A stretch of DNA of 64,000 bases from Mobula hypostoma. Its lineage: Eukaryota. The stretch lies in assembly GCF_963921235.1 (NCBI RefSeq), contig NC_086109.1, positions 84,568,001-84,632,000 of the forward strand, written 5' to 3'. A model generated the notes under the pieces. That model saw nothing but the letters and a program-made list of their open reading frames with translations. It was not told the origin of the DNA and did no database searches. Below are positions 1 through 14,300 of the stretch, in pieces (position 1 is the stretch's first letter; each line of letters opens with the position of its first letter). Both the position numbers and the translations under genes were made by a program.

Positions 1-15
1 TAGAGTGCACTCAAA

Positions 16-1300
16 TCAGGGTGAGATCATCAGTCTGATGGCCTGGTGGAAGAAGCTGTCCCGGAGCCTGTTGGTCCTGGCTTTTATGCTGCGGTACCGC
101 TTCCCAGATGGTAGCAGCTGGAATAGATCGTGGTTGGGACGGCTTGGGTCCCCAGTGATCCTATGGGCCCTTTTTACACACATGTCCCTGTAAATGTCCT
201 GTTCATAACTACAGATGCGCTGGGCTGTCCGCACCACTCTCTGAAGAGTCCTACAATTAAGGGAGGTACAGTTCCTATACCAGGCAGTGATGCAGTCAGT
301 CAGGCTACTCTCAGTTGTGCCCCTGTAGAAGGTTCTTAGGGTTTGGGGGCCCATAGCGAACTTCCTCAACTGTCTGAGGTGAAAGAGGCGCTGTTGTGCA
401 TTTTTCACCACACAGCTGGTGTGTACAGACCACGTGAGGTCCTCGGTGATGTGGATGCCAAGGAATTTGAAGTTGTTTACCCTTTCAGCCCCAGATCCAT
501 TGATGTCTGTCTCAATTCCTCCTGTAATCCACAATCAGCTCCTTTGTATTTGCGACATTGAGGGAGAGGTTGTTTTCTTGACACCACTGTGTCAGAGAGA
601 TGACTTCTTCCCTGTAGGCCACCTTGTTATTGTTTGAGATAAGACCAATCAATGTAGTGTCGTCGGCAAAGTTAATTAGCAGATTGGAGCTGTGGGTGGT
701 GATACAGTTACGGGTATACAGGGAGTAAAGGAGGGGATGCAGTACACAGCCCTGAGGGGCTCCTGTATTGAGAGTCAGAGGGTTGGAGGTGAGGGAGCAC
801 ACTCCTACAACCTGCTGGTGATCTGACAGGAAGTCCAGGATCCAGCTGCACAAGGCAGGGTGAAGGCCGAGGTCTCTAAGGTTCTTGTCGAGCCTGGATG
901 GAACTATGGTGTTGAATGCTGAACTGTAGTCCAAGAACAGCATTCTCACATAAGCATCCTTCTTTTCCAGATGTGTAAGGATGGTATGTAGAGCAGTGGC
1001 CATTGTGTCATCTGTCAATCGGTTGTGTCGGTAGGTGAATTGTAGGGTGTCCAGTTTGGTGGGTAGCAAGCTGCAGACGTAATCTTTGACCAGCCTCTCA
1101 AAGCATTTGGTTATTATTGAGGTGAGTGTGACAGGACACCAGTCGTTCAGGCATGTTACCTTGGTCTTTTTTGGTACAGGGAAAATTGGTGGATAATTTG
1201 AAGCGGGAGGGCACTCTACACTGGGAGAAGGAGAGATTAACAATATCTGTAAACACACCTGCCAGTTGTGCTGTGCACATCCCAAGTACTCGCCCTGGGA
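16..1300 (-). mobile_element. Rex1/Babar-type non-LTR retrotransposon RT fragment (frameshifted)
   Basis: PVPKK..LNDW.PV.LTS..KCFERLV, DYSSAFNTI, GAPQGCVL, FADDTT, then FLGIHITEDLTW C-terminal region in another frame. Confidence 0.85.
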
Positions 1301-1689
1301 GTACTCAATTGGCCGAATGACCCAATTCTGTTATTGTGTCTAATAGTCGTATGGTCTTATCTGCAGTCTCTCGGGCCATCATTAAAATGATGACTGAATG
1401 TCTATTATTGGCCTCCTCATCAAGGGAATGAAACACAAAATGAGGCCAATGATGGGTTTATCTTTCTAGATTGTTGGATAGTGTGGTATTCTCCTTAGGA
1501 GCCACGCATTATGGAAAAGTATCAAGCTGAAACGGGATTTATGACAGGACGGCAGACAATGAAAATGAAGAAAGATCAGTGAGCTAAGTGGCCCCAATTT
1601 GCTTAAAAATCTGTCAGTTTGTTGTTTTCAGATTCCTGCCAGGATCAGTGCGTGAAGAATATGTGTTTTATCAAACAGTCTCAGAGTAC

Positions 1690-2130
1690 AGGATGCTGCC
1701 TGGATCAGAGAACATGTCTTACGAAGGTAGGTTAAGCAAGCAAGGGCTTTTCTCTTTGGAACAAAGGAGGATGAGAGGTGACTTGATGTATGTAAGATGA
1801 TAAGAGGCATTGACAGAGTGGACAGCCAGCACCTTTTTCCCAGGGTGTAAGTGGTTAATATGAGAGAGCATAACGCAATTGGAGAAAAGTATAGGGGGAA
1901 TGTCAGAAGGGGGTTTGTTACACAGAGAGTGGTGGGTGCATTGAACGTGCTGCTTGGGGTGGTGGTAGAGACAGATACATGCGGGACATTTAATAGTCTC
2001 TTAGATAGGCACATGTTTGAAAGAAAAATGGAGGGCTATAAGGGAGAGGAAGGTTAGATTGATCTTAGAGTAGGTTAAAAGATCAGCACAACATCATGGA
2101 CTGAAGGGCCTGAATTATGTTATACTGTGT
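1690..2130 (+). mobile_element. CR1 3' fragment
   Basis: SYEGRL..GLFSLEQRRMRGDL and FVTQRVV remnants. Confidence 0.8.
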
Positions 2131-2167
2131 TCTACAGATGTTACAGCACAGGTGGTACCTAGCTTAC

Positions 2168-2312
2168 CTGTTCCCTTCTTACAGGTGTACGGCAAGTGGT
2201 AATTGCAGGGAACGTCGTTCCACTGGCCGTTCTCATGCCATATCATGACTACGCAATCTTCACCGGATCTGAAGAAGCTATCAGGTTGATTGGGCCGCCA
2301 GTTCTCGTATAA
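2168..2312 (-). CDS. ACAN: ACAN G3 C-type lectin exon 3
   Basis: [48 protein letters not shown]; 145 nt; QPD and WND motifs. Confidence 0.96.
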
Positions 2313-5300
2313 CTATTTGAGAGAAAGAATGATTGACTGCATCCTAAAATAACAGCTACATAACAGCACCATTTAATTACAGTGCACTGTAGGATCAAAA
2401 TCAAACAAACCTGTAGACATTGGAAATAAAAACACAATAGGTTGAAACAGGAAAACTGATGTTCCTGAGAAATTAATTAATGTTTCATATGTCGGTTTAT
2501 TATTAACATCACTTTGATTTTCAGCTCAGGATTTATATTTTATACTCTGTCTCGTGATCTCAGACTCTCCTTCAGAAATTTCTTTGAGAAGGTAATTTAA
2601 GGACCAATATAGGCTCAGAAAAGTTCAATATATGTATCAGAAGATGATGGTCTGAAATTATGTGGATTGCTGGAATTTCCCTAGATCATGTGCTTCATTT
2701 ACATAATTGGTAACATGCAACATGGTTGAAATTTAACTCCAGGGTCTCCATGACACCACTTTTGCAGAAAAAAAAGGACCATGTGAATATTATCACATTT
2801 AACATTTTGGACATGCCTCATCAATGACAATATGACATGAAATTCTTTCTTCAGCCTTGGCCAGCCATTATTCCAATGTTTCTCTCTGAGGTGACTGCTT
2901 CATAGTAGGGTAAAACAATGGCTTTATTTTGCAGCCAGCCTCTTCAACAATCAATTAAAGGTTCAATCAGTTATTCACTGCTAAATTTTGCTTTTCATTT
3001 CCACATGCTTCCCGGACAGTGTTCCTCGTTCTTATTTCTCCTGAGCTAACTTTTCTCAGGAAAGCTATGTTTCCTTTTGAAAAAAAGAAGATGGCCAGGT
3101 GATCTGAGGCCAAAAACTCACCAGTGGGCTGGCATCTGTCCACCGGAAGTCTCCTTCTATTGTCTTATCATTCAGTCCAATCCATTGATAATCCTGGGCA
3201 TAACCTGCAAGATGACAGTAAAAGGATCAGTGTCACTGGGAAAAGCTCTTGACAGAAGAAATGTCATGCAATTACTTGCAAAACCAAAATAAACAGCTGG
3301 TACACTGATATTTCTTGATGGTATCTGAGCTAGTATTTGATCAACTATAGCCATACAGCTCAATAATTCTACAGTTTTATGTATTGAAAGTTAGGTTAAA
3401 TAGGCAAAACATCAGAGTACTAAGGAAGAAGAAAGGGGAGGTACATTATGGAACTGTTAGCAGTTGATAATTACACTCAGATGCCACACTACTAGATACA
3501 TCCTGTACCTAATAAAGTGTCCTCTGAGTGTACATTCTCGGACCTCTACTGCAGAAGCCCATCCACTTCAAGGTTTGATGTGCAGTGCTTTCAGAGATGC
3601 TCTTCTGCACACTACTGTTGTAACACGTGGTTATTTGAGTTACTGTCGCCTTCTTGTCAGCTTGAACCAGTCTGGTGATTCTCCTCGGAACCCTCTCATT
3701 GAAAAGGCATTTTCGCCCACAGAATTGCTGCTCTTTTGTTTTTTTTTTCTTTGTTGTACCATCCTCTGTAAACTCTAGAGAAGCCTCTATGTGAAGATCC
3801 CAGGAGATTAGCAGTTCTGAGATACTCAAATCACTCTGTCTGACACCAACAATCATTTCACAGTCGAAGTCACTTAGATCACACTTCTTCCACATTCTGA
3901 TGTTTGGTCTGAACCATTGAGCCTCCTGACCATGTCTGCATTCTTTTGTGCATTGAGTTGCTGCCACATGATTGGCTGATCAAATATTTGCATTAATGAG
4001 CAGATGTGCCTAATAAAGTAACCACTGAGTATATGTGTTTATAAGCAAAGACTGGAGGAACCAATAGGTTATGTTGAATATTATAACAGATTACAGCAAT
4101 GATGGTATATTGACGAGACCCGACGCAGAGTGGGAGACTGTTTTGCCAAGCACCTAGGCTCTGTCTGCCAGAAGAAACGGGATCTCCCAGTGGCCAGCCA
4201 TTTTTATTCCACTTCCCATTCCCATTCTGATATGTCAGTCCATGCCCTCCTCCACTGTCGTGATGAGGCCACACTCAGATTGGAGGAACAACTCCTTATA
4301 TTCCGTTTGAGTAGCGACCAACCCGATGGCATAAACATCGATTTCTTGAACTTCCGGTAATGCCCTCCTTCACCATTCCCCATCACCTTTTCCCTCTTCC
4401 ACCTTATCTCCTTGCCTGCCCATCACCTTGCTCTGGCGCCCCTCCCCTCTTTTGTTTCTTCCATGACCTTCTGTCCTCCCCTATCAGACTCTCCCTTCTC
4501 CAGCCCTGTATCTCTTTCATCAATCAACTTCCCAGCTCTTTACCTCACCCCTCCCTCCTCCCAGTTTCACCCATCATCTTGTGTTTCTCTCTCCACTCCC
4601 CCACCTTTTAAATCTTCTCCTCATCTTTTTTTCTCCAAACCTGCCAAAGGGTCTCGGGCCGAGACGTCGACTGTACTTTTTTCCATAGACGCCGCCTGGC
4701 CTGCTGAGTTCCTCCAGCGTTCTGTGTGTGTTGCAGGGTGAAGTGATGTGACTGACCGTAACATAAAGAGTGATCCATATAAGGATATCATATACTCACT
4801 GTTAACGAATGCCTGCTCCTCTGGAGTGACAAGGCTGGCCAGGTGGGCTCGATGCTTCCTGCACTGGTTCTCTGCTTCTTCCCAAGTCTGTCTGTCAACG
4901 AAGTGCTTGTAACAGTGACCCTGAAACTTAGCCCAACCAACTTCACACTTCTCCACATCTACAGAACAAAATTTGTCCATTACACACTGCTCATTAAAAT
5001 CCTCCACTAGTGGGCTCAGCACCCGTCTGAAACATGATTCATGAATATGATATCAAAAATCAGAATAAGCAGATTACAACACATTTAAGATTTCAGAAAC
5101 TCATTCCCTTAAACCCATGAAGATTTAAAACAACGCCTTGAACAAAATCTTGCCTGTGCTGTCACCCATTAACTCATGTGCAGAGCAAGGCAAATGTGGT
5201 AAACTTTAAACACTGGTCCAAGTTGGACAATTGTCATGTGACTTGTGACATGTTAATATGAGGTTCGTTCTTTTGAATGTTTTAGATATGACACATTTCA

Positions 5301-8300
5301 CACCATTGCAATGTTAGCTCCTACTCAAACAAAGTACATAGAAGTGGCTGCACTGGACTTCATTTAACGTGCTCCTGCAGAAAGCTGATTTGTTACAGTG
5401 GCCTTGGCCTTCCAGTTCCCCTATACTTTCAAGTGGCACGCGCTTGGTGTGTGTATTGCAGTGAACTGGTGCAAATCCCTACCCTCTGAGCTCCTCTGTC
5501 AATGAGGCTCCTCAGATTCTCTGTACAGAGGGTCTCCCTGTGAAGTAGGAGGCAAGGGCAAGTGCTACAGCAGTTTGGCAGTGCCAGAGCTTGGCCTGCA
5601 CAATGCTGGAGACCGGCAGTCCTTGTTCTGTGCTGCCATCTTCCTTGTGGTCTCCTCTTGGATGTGACGGAAGCTGCTGTATCTTCTCTACCACCATGCT
5701 TGTTATGGTAGAAAAACCCCTGGGCTGGGGAGAGCTGTGCAGACAAGCAAACAGCGGTGGAGGTAACAGATTCCACCCCACCTTAGAGAGAGCGAAGGAT
5801 GTGGGCAGCCTGTCATTGGAATTGGCTCTGTCAATCCCCCCATGTTTCAATGCTGAAGGGTCTTGACACTTGTCCCATTGCGACCCCCACCAGCCCTCAC
5901 TGAGCTGTGAAGAATTCATTGCTGGTTTCACACCAGCTTCCTATCATTGTCAGTAATGCATCTCCGACATATAATACTCTAATTACACTCCTTAATATTG
6001 ATTCATTAATTCCTATTTTCCTGGAAATGCAACCCTAGAGCAAAACAAAGTATTAGAGCATCACGTTTCCCAGAATCATATGCTTATTTAAATCAGCATA
6101 TGAAATGATGTAAACCAACATCCCAATGAATGTGGAACACACTGGAGAAAGTTATTGTCAACAATGGAAAGGAGTTTAAAACTTCGAAGACATCATCAGA
6201 TCAACAGTAATATATATTCAATTAACACCATAAACCAGGCAAACCTGCAATAATTGTTAAGATTAATGGCAGAATTTTCACCTTGATCTGGCCTCAGTTC
6301 GGACAACATAACGAGTTAAGGACAGCATTACCTGTTGCCCCTTGAACCCTGAAGCACTGAAAGGTGCAGTTTGTTTAATGAAAAGACCTCACTAAAATAT
6401 TTATTTTGCTTGCACATGCTTGCTACATAGATCATATGACAGATCAAAATTGTGCCAGAAGGTTAGATAAGTGGATGATCTGAAAGCTGACAATAGGTGG
6501 ATATCTTCAGGAGATGGCAGAAAGAAACAGATTAATCATCAAACTGTGTTGTGTATTTAATATTTTAGTAATATTATAAATATATTGTTTGATTAAGCAT
6601 TCTTGTTTGTTTATGTAATTCATTATGGGTTACATGTAAAGATGAGTGAACAGCATACATCATGACACTATCACGTTATATGTGCATGCCTCACTTAAAG
6701 TAAACATGAAGTTAGATATGTTATTCCAGACATTTTACTTCAATTAGTCTTTATGTTTTGGCGTTACAAGACATAACAATCTGGGTATAAGATTCAAGCA
6801 AAATAAATTGATATTAAGAACAAACAAGCTGTTGAAACCTTCATTCTTACAAACAGTATTATTGAAAGTAAAAAGGACAGAGGAAGATACACATCTTGTC
6901 ATTAGATCTGTTGTAACATTAGGTATAGATGCCTATTATCTTCTTCAAACATAACTGTTAACCTTCTGAATTTACAATATTCCAGCACTAGTTCACAGCT
7001 GGAATTGTTCACAAAATATGAGCTCAATTGCTGTCCATAAAAATTGAGGGAAGCAACACAAGGGTGAACAATAATCTGTTGCCATTTCCTCCTACCAGCA
7101 TAGCAAGTTTCAGTGCAGGGTTTATCAAGAAACCAAAGGTATCGTCCCAGACAGCGCTGGAGTAGAAACCACAGCAAGAGGATGAGAAACAGAAATAAAA
7201 CCTGCCAGTCAAGCAGCATTTCAGGAGACAAAACTGTTCTGAGGAAAAGCCATCTACCTGAAATGTTAATTCTGTTCCACAGATCCAGTCTATTACCATT
7301 TATATTTCTGTTTTTAAATTTCAGATTTTCTGTGTCTGCAGTGTTTTGCTTTTGCAAGATGAAGAATTGCCGTTGAATCATGGTGAAAATTTTGCCAAAG
7401 GGACTATGAGCAATATTAGATGGAAAAGAAGACAATTGTTATAAAGGTTCAAATTCTAAGCAGCTTTACAAAGATCTAGGTGATCTAAGATAGTTTGGCC
7501 ACAACACATGAAGTGGAAAATGAGACCTCTTATACTGAGGTTGGATCACAAGTGAAGATTTATCCTCGTGCCTCATATCAACTTTATAGCACAGGTTCTA
7601 TTGTCTGTCTGTAAGATTCTTAATTTCAATGAGCTAAAGTCTCTTTATTTAACCACTCTGCCAATGATGACCAGGGAATTCATTCGCTTCAATTGAATTG
7701 GAGTCTCTCTCCTGACATACATCCTGAGCTGAGGCATCTTGTTAATACCCGGCTAACAGCCTGGACTCTAAACTAACTTAAACTTCAGATTAACCAGCTC
7801 ACCAAAATAAAATCAAATGTTTTTGAGAAGGTCGATACCAAGTTAGAGAGGCAATGGAAAGTGGAACTGACAACCCATAGGACTGTTGATTGTAAACTTC
7901 CATTATTGTAAACTTTATTAAAGTTATTCATATATCTAACCCATGCTCTGGATTTCTGTTCCAGTGAAAGTTTCAGTTAATATGGCATTGAATGTGGGCT
8001 TAGTTGTTAATTTATGGCTAAAGTAAGCATTCAATCTTTTATCATGAATTTGTTAATTCAAGAGCTGAAGCAAAAGGGTATTGTGAGATGAAAATCCCAG
8101 TTTACAAGGTATGAATTCCATAGCAATAAGAGAGATAACTTTGGAATATCAATAATGACAATAATTATGAGGTTGGATACAGTTTTTAAATAGGGGTTCA
8201 CTGGATCACTGACACCATCTGACACAACATTTTGTTCCCCTTTCTTCCAACCCTACTCATCCATGATAATCAGATGACCATTCTTTATACCTGCAGCCTT

Positions 8301-11300
8301 TGGTAATCTCAGCTGAGCCCAACCTCATAACATGTGGATTTGTGTTCTTTTTAGCATTATAGCTTCTCTCTATGTGTGGAATTTGGCAGAACAACTCTGG
8401 TCATATGGTAGTTTGGTCTGAACAGAGAAACTTGGCCTCTTTGTTTATCATTTCTTTTATGTCATACCAAAAATACAAATGGGAGCCGAAGTACCATTGT
8501 GGCTGGCGCAATGCTATTACAGCTCAAGCCCTTCTTGACTTTACAGTTCAATTCCAAACTCCAGCATTTTATGTGTGTTGCTTGGCAATGAGGCATTCAT
8601 CTTGTCTGAACTAAATAAAGATTGGACAATATCCCCAATGTCTAATCAATCTTCATGAGGGAAATGGATTACTGCACAGAATTACTAGATTTATTGAAGT
8701 CTGAGAATGGGAATTTACTATAATGTTTCGGATTCCCTTGGGTCACACATAATACTTTACACTATAAAGATGATTGCAAAGCGTCTTTGCTCCCGCCAGA
8801 TCCCCGTACCTGACAGGTTAAAAACAAATGTGATGCAATAAAAGCCCATAAATAACAATTTGATTCCAGGTTTTATCTGCTGCATTTTTTCCAACTCTGA
8901 GGATCTCAGTTTGGGCATTTCTGGAGAATTGGCTCAGCACGCCTGGCCAGAAAAGGAAAGCAAAGAAAATATCAAGTATGTAAAATGGTCACAGCTGGCA
9001 ACAGAAAGATGAAGAAGAAAGCATGAATCAGTATCCTCAGGAGAGAGTGGGGAAAATGTATATTGGAACTGAGGAGAGTGGAGATGCAGACTTAAGGTAC
9101 ACTAACTTATCTCCTTGATGGTCCACTCAGCTTGATTTTCCTTCTGGAAAAATTTACCAATAAAATCGTCAGAAATTCATGAATCTGGGAGTCAGACCAT
9201 TCCTCATTGCTTTCTCATTAGCCCAATGCTTGAACCTTGGCTGATGTGCTTGAAAACTTGGCTATAGTTAGTTGGCTATATTAATCACCATGCCAAAACT
9301 AATTTCTTACAAGTTCAAACATTATCAGTAACTTATAATAATGTTTAAGGTGAAACTTCTTATTTGGATAGAACAGAGTCTCACAGAGTAGTCTTAAGAT
9401 GTTAGTGGGCCTATCTTTTTGCCAGGGTATTGCCTTCATGGGAAAGAGAGGGAGGGTTCCTTGCAGTGAATAGAACCATCTAGTACATTGAGAAGTTTGA
9501 GTGATTATTATCATTGTTGTGCACAAACTATCAGAAAAATCACTGTTGAGTCCCTAAGAATGAAAGAGACGGTTAATCTGAAACAAAAAGAAATACAATG
9601 AAAAGTCAAACCCAGAACAAGTTGCCCTCACGAAGTTGGGCTAGTGTTTGTAAGCTGTTAGTAGAATTAGCTGAAGCCTCTTTCTCGTACCAATTTCACA
9701 GAGGTCCCCTCCATAGCTGGGTAGGCACAAGCATTTGAAAGAGTCGATGCCATCGATACAGGTAGCTCCATTCTGACAAGGGCTCGAGTGGCACTCGTCA
9801 ATGTCTGCAAGAAATCAAGTTCTGCCATTAGGATTTCAAGCAGGGAATTATTCGACAGGGATGGGCGAAAGAGAAAGAGAAAGGGGTTTCCTCTGTACAC
9901 TTATTCTGGAGGCATCCATTTGCAGTCATGAGTGATGTTTTAGCCAGAGATACATACTGAACAATTTAAACCTGACTATTTGCTTGAGGGAAACTCTGAA
10001 TGGAAATGTTACCATTATCAGCTGGTAATCACTTCCTTTATTTATCTTTTCACCCAGTTCCCTATTTTTATTCTCATCTTGCTTCAGTTACGCTTGCCTG
10101 TTTACCTCCTAGGAATGTGAATTAAGGATTTTAGAACCCAAGTAGGGTGATAGAAAAGTTTTCCCTGGAATAGGGGTCTCATGTTCTCCACTGGAATATT
10201 CACTTGGAATGACCTGTAACCACATATTTTGGAACTTTCAGGTGAAGTTACTGCATGCTATTAACAAAATAGGTCTGAGTCCACTAATTCAATCAGTGTG
10301 GAGTGGGACCATTTCAGAGCAACTTGTTCAGTCTAGTTGCCAGTTGGATTTTGTAAAAGTAATGCATAGTCTTGAATATCAGCATCCTTAAATTCAGAAG
10401 TATCTAAATATCTAAAATTATAAAACAGAACAGAGTTCTGAATTTATCAAGATAAGGAATGCAACTGGGGAAGATGTAATCTGTATTTTTTATGGAGAGT
10501 AAGCACAGACATAACAGGACAAAAGATTGTCTTTTCTATTGAATGTTTGTCTACTTGAGGCAGTATTAACTTTTCCTCAGTCAATGGCTAGGCCAAGTCA
10601 AATTCCCTCTACAATGCTTCAGGCGTGTGCATCATGACCTTTTGTGGAAGAATGACCCTTTGATCAGCCAACCAGTCAGTGGCCGTGTGTAAATTGCCAA
10701 TTTATAGCCAATTAGTAATGAAGAAACTTTCATTGCATGGGATCTGAGAGGAAAGGTTGATATTTGGAATGTGATGCGAGAGAAATAAGTGGAGTCAGAT
10801 GCAATTTTAAGAGACCTTTCGATAGACTTCTCTTTGGACATACCTCTGCAAACAGTGTCCATTTGGGGTTGTTTTACAATAATCCATCAGCAAAGAAATT
10901 ACTGAATGTAACTATCCAGATTCATTCACTTGGGAAAGATACCTAAGACAACTGGCATTTGTAGAATTGTTGCATAAATTAGGATTCCTGATTCCTGAAT
11001 TGAAAGCAAAAACAAAACATTTTAATCATTGGATATAATTGGGATTTTTAGGTGAACGTGTTTAAAGGCATAATCCTGCTTTGTTTGGATGAAGATTGAA
11101 GTGCTGGGCTGTATTGGAGAGGTTGGGTACAGACCGAATTGAGGTGGCAGGGTACAGGCCCCAGTGCATATCAAAGCGACTGAATCTGATGTTTGGATGA
11201 TGACTTAGGTGCTGGGCCAGATTGAAAAGGTCAGGGTGTTAGGGCCTGAAGTGAGGGATGGAATGGTTAATTTCACTGCTCCGCTAAGGGTCTGGAGATG

Positions 11301-14300
11301 GACTCTGTGGTCTTTAGTTCAGAACACTATTTTTTTTGCATTTACTGTTTGCATGATTTGTTGTTTTTTTTTCCTTTCTGCACATTGGGAGTTTGATGGT
11401 CCTCTTCTTTTTTTAATGGCTTCTTTTAGATTTCCTTGTTTTGTGTCTGCCTGTTTGGAGATGAATCTCAAGGTTGTATAATCTATACATACTTTGATAA
11501 TAAGTGTATTTTGAACCTTGACCTTTGAACTTTTTAACCATCTAACTTGTAGCTAAATAGTCTATTTTTGTCTTGTTTATGTTCTTAAAGTTACAGTCAA
11601 CATGCATCTTTTCAGCAGCAACATCACACATGGCTCAAGACGGAGGTCTGTAGAAAAGTATACAAGTGTCCCCCTTTCATTAGTACCTGCTAAAAGCAGA
11701 GTGTTACAGTGCTGCGAGAGTTTAGGGCTACAGAAGGTTGGATCAGGAGTATAAATAGTATTCAAAATGGCGTCTAGGTCACTCAGGTTTCATGACTCTG
11801 AGAGGTAAATGCGTTAGCTGACTTTAGACTGCGGCAGAGCAACACTGTCTGAAACTGTAAATTTTCAGTGTCTAAATGAAACAACCTCTCAAGACTGAAT
11901 GCAAATGTTTTGTAAAGATAGAGCAAAATAACTGTTGAATAAACTAGCAAAAGAGTTAGTATCTACAAATACCAGAGCAATACATTTTTCTTTGCAAATG
12001 AGGGCAAAGAATCAAATAATTTAATGAGATCTAATCTTCCAGTGTGACAATTGCATTAGAGTTGAATTGACAACAACATAGAATCTTGTGATTGAAACCA
12101 TTAGGTACTGCAGGCAACCCACATTTCCATTTCACACAAAATTTTGTGTCTTATCCTGTAAAAGAACATCTCCAGATGCAAATATAAGACATCTTCATAA
12201 CTTAATGCAAAGGAATCTGATTGCAGTGGGAAATCCCAATTTTTTTCCTAAAAATAAGATGGAGGTTAGACTTTCATTCTTCAACCACCAGTTTTAGACT
12301 AACTTCATCTGTGCTTCTCATTCATTGAAACACCTTCATCTTCATTGTGCAATGGGTATGCACAAAATAAAACCATGGTATTGCTTGTGTGCAACGCAAA
12401 TAAGTTGGAAACGATGAGCACTGTTTCCTCCTTCTCTCTTAATCAAAAGCTTTGCTGGACATTGCATCGTGATGCAAAGCACAAAAAGATCATTCCTGAA
12501 TTCTCAGTAGCGCCAATCTGATCAGCCAGGAGTGCAGGAATTATTGCGATTCTAGGTATCCATGCCTTTCGACTTTTAAGTATTCAATGCATCTACAGAA
12601 CAGTGTTTTCGAATTGCAATCTGCAGTATGTGCACTCTTTTGAAGAAGTTTTGTAAACAGTGAAATTCAAGTTGCTATTTTATGAGTTTCCTATACAGTT
12701 TGGGTAAATCTATCCAGAATGATCAAAGAGAGCTGTGACACAAAGTAAACATCAGTGTTAATCATCAATTGCATGTAATTCTGCTATTAATGTGTTGCTG
12801 TTGGAGTAGAATATTTTAAACTCTTACCATTTGATTTGCATTTTATATTTTGTGACACAGCAACTTGCAAAACCAATGTAAAGAAATTGTTGATATTACC
12901 AAGAGTCTTAGCCAATAGTTCAGCTGCTGCTGGGATAGAAAATTTAATACACTCCACCCCTTTTCTCAGATGTTCTATTGTCATGGACCTGTTTTGTGTT
13001 GGTGTATGCTGCTATGTCTTTAATGGCATTGGCAAGAATGGAACACAGAACACAGAACTTAGAAGAGTACAACACTGGAACAGGCCATTCAGCTCAAAAT
13101 GTTGTGCAAACCAGCTAAAAAGTAAATTAAAAAAAACTCAAACACTAATCCCTCCTACCTACACAATGTCCATTATCTCTCCATCTTCCTTAATCCAAGT
13201 GCCCATCCAAACATCTCTTAAAATGGTGACTTATAGCAACAAAAACAAACTGGATTCTGTGGCTTCCATAATTATATTAATTATTTGGATATTTATTCCT
13301 TGTTTAGTGTCCATATGGGGCCCAAGATTTAGCTCTTGGGTAAAATGTTTCCAAGAAAACCATTGGGAAATTTGCCACTGGGTTGGATTGTTATGGTGAT
13401 TTCCAGTGTTGAGCATCTTACAAAGAGTAACAGGTTGGAGAGAACTCCCTAGGTTCACTTACCCTGGACCACACACTGCCCACTGGCTTCCAGTGTGGTG
13501 AAATGCTCTTGTAAACAGACAATTAATTTGCACCACAATAACTTGCAGTTTGTTCAAGGTACTATGGCCCACTTACTTACCCACATTCAATAGGAAATAA
13601 AAAGATTGGTGGTAAGAGCATGAAAGGTATGAAGTTCAAACTACCCAAGCAAGTCAATGTTGACAGCGACACTCAACAGCACCATGACAGGCAAAACACA
13701 AACTCTCTTTACCACTTCTGTTTTTGCTGAGAGTCTGGCCTCTGGCTTGTGATGTTTTCTGGGGCTAGCCTCTTCTATAGTCAATGGGAGGAGAATGGAA
13801 TGTTTGTGATGAGAAAGGATGACAACAGACCATCTACAAATGGTACCTCGTAATATGAAACAGTAACTTCGAACAGCACCAAGATCCTTGAATATTGTAT
13901 CCCTCAAGGCAGAACTGAATCAGTCACAAACTGCATTGAGCTGGACAATTAACCCATGTCTTGCTTACACTTCAGAAAAGCAAAAAGATTAAACTTTGGT
14001 AATAAAAAGATTCATTGAGAACAACAGACATCCAGAAAGAAACAGATGGAGTTATTGTATTCTTCAACACACCAATCAAGTGATGGCCCTTGGAAGGAGT
14101 AAATAGAAATACACAATACAAAATGATTGGCAAATTTATTTTATTTTCACTGATACTCTCTTACGATCACTTTGATTCTTTTTTGCTTTTGTTCTTCCGA
14201 TGATCCCAATGTTTATAATATGACAAGGTGCTGAGAACTAATCTAATGGCTCACAGCTTGGTGTTAGGAACATTTCACTTTAATCCATCTGGGGTTTGGC

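Noticed and set aside
1-2167. Sushi/CCP exon and terminal exon of ACAN
   Set aside because: No matching Cys pattern found; the region is mostly Rex1 and CR1 sequence, so these exons should lie beyond the left edge.
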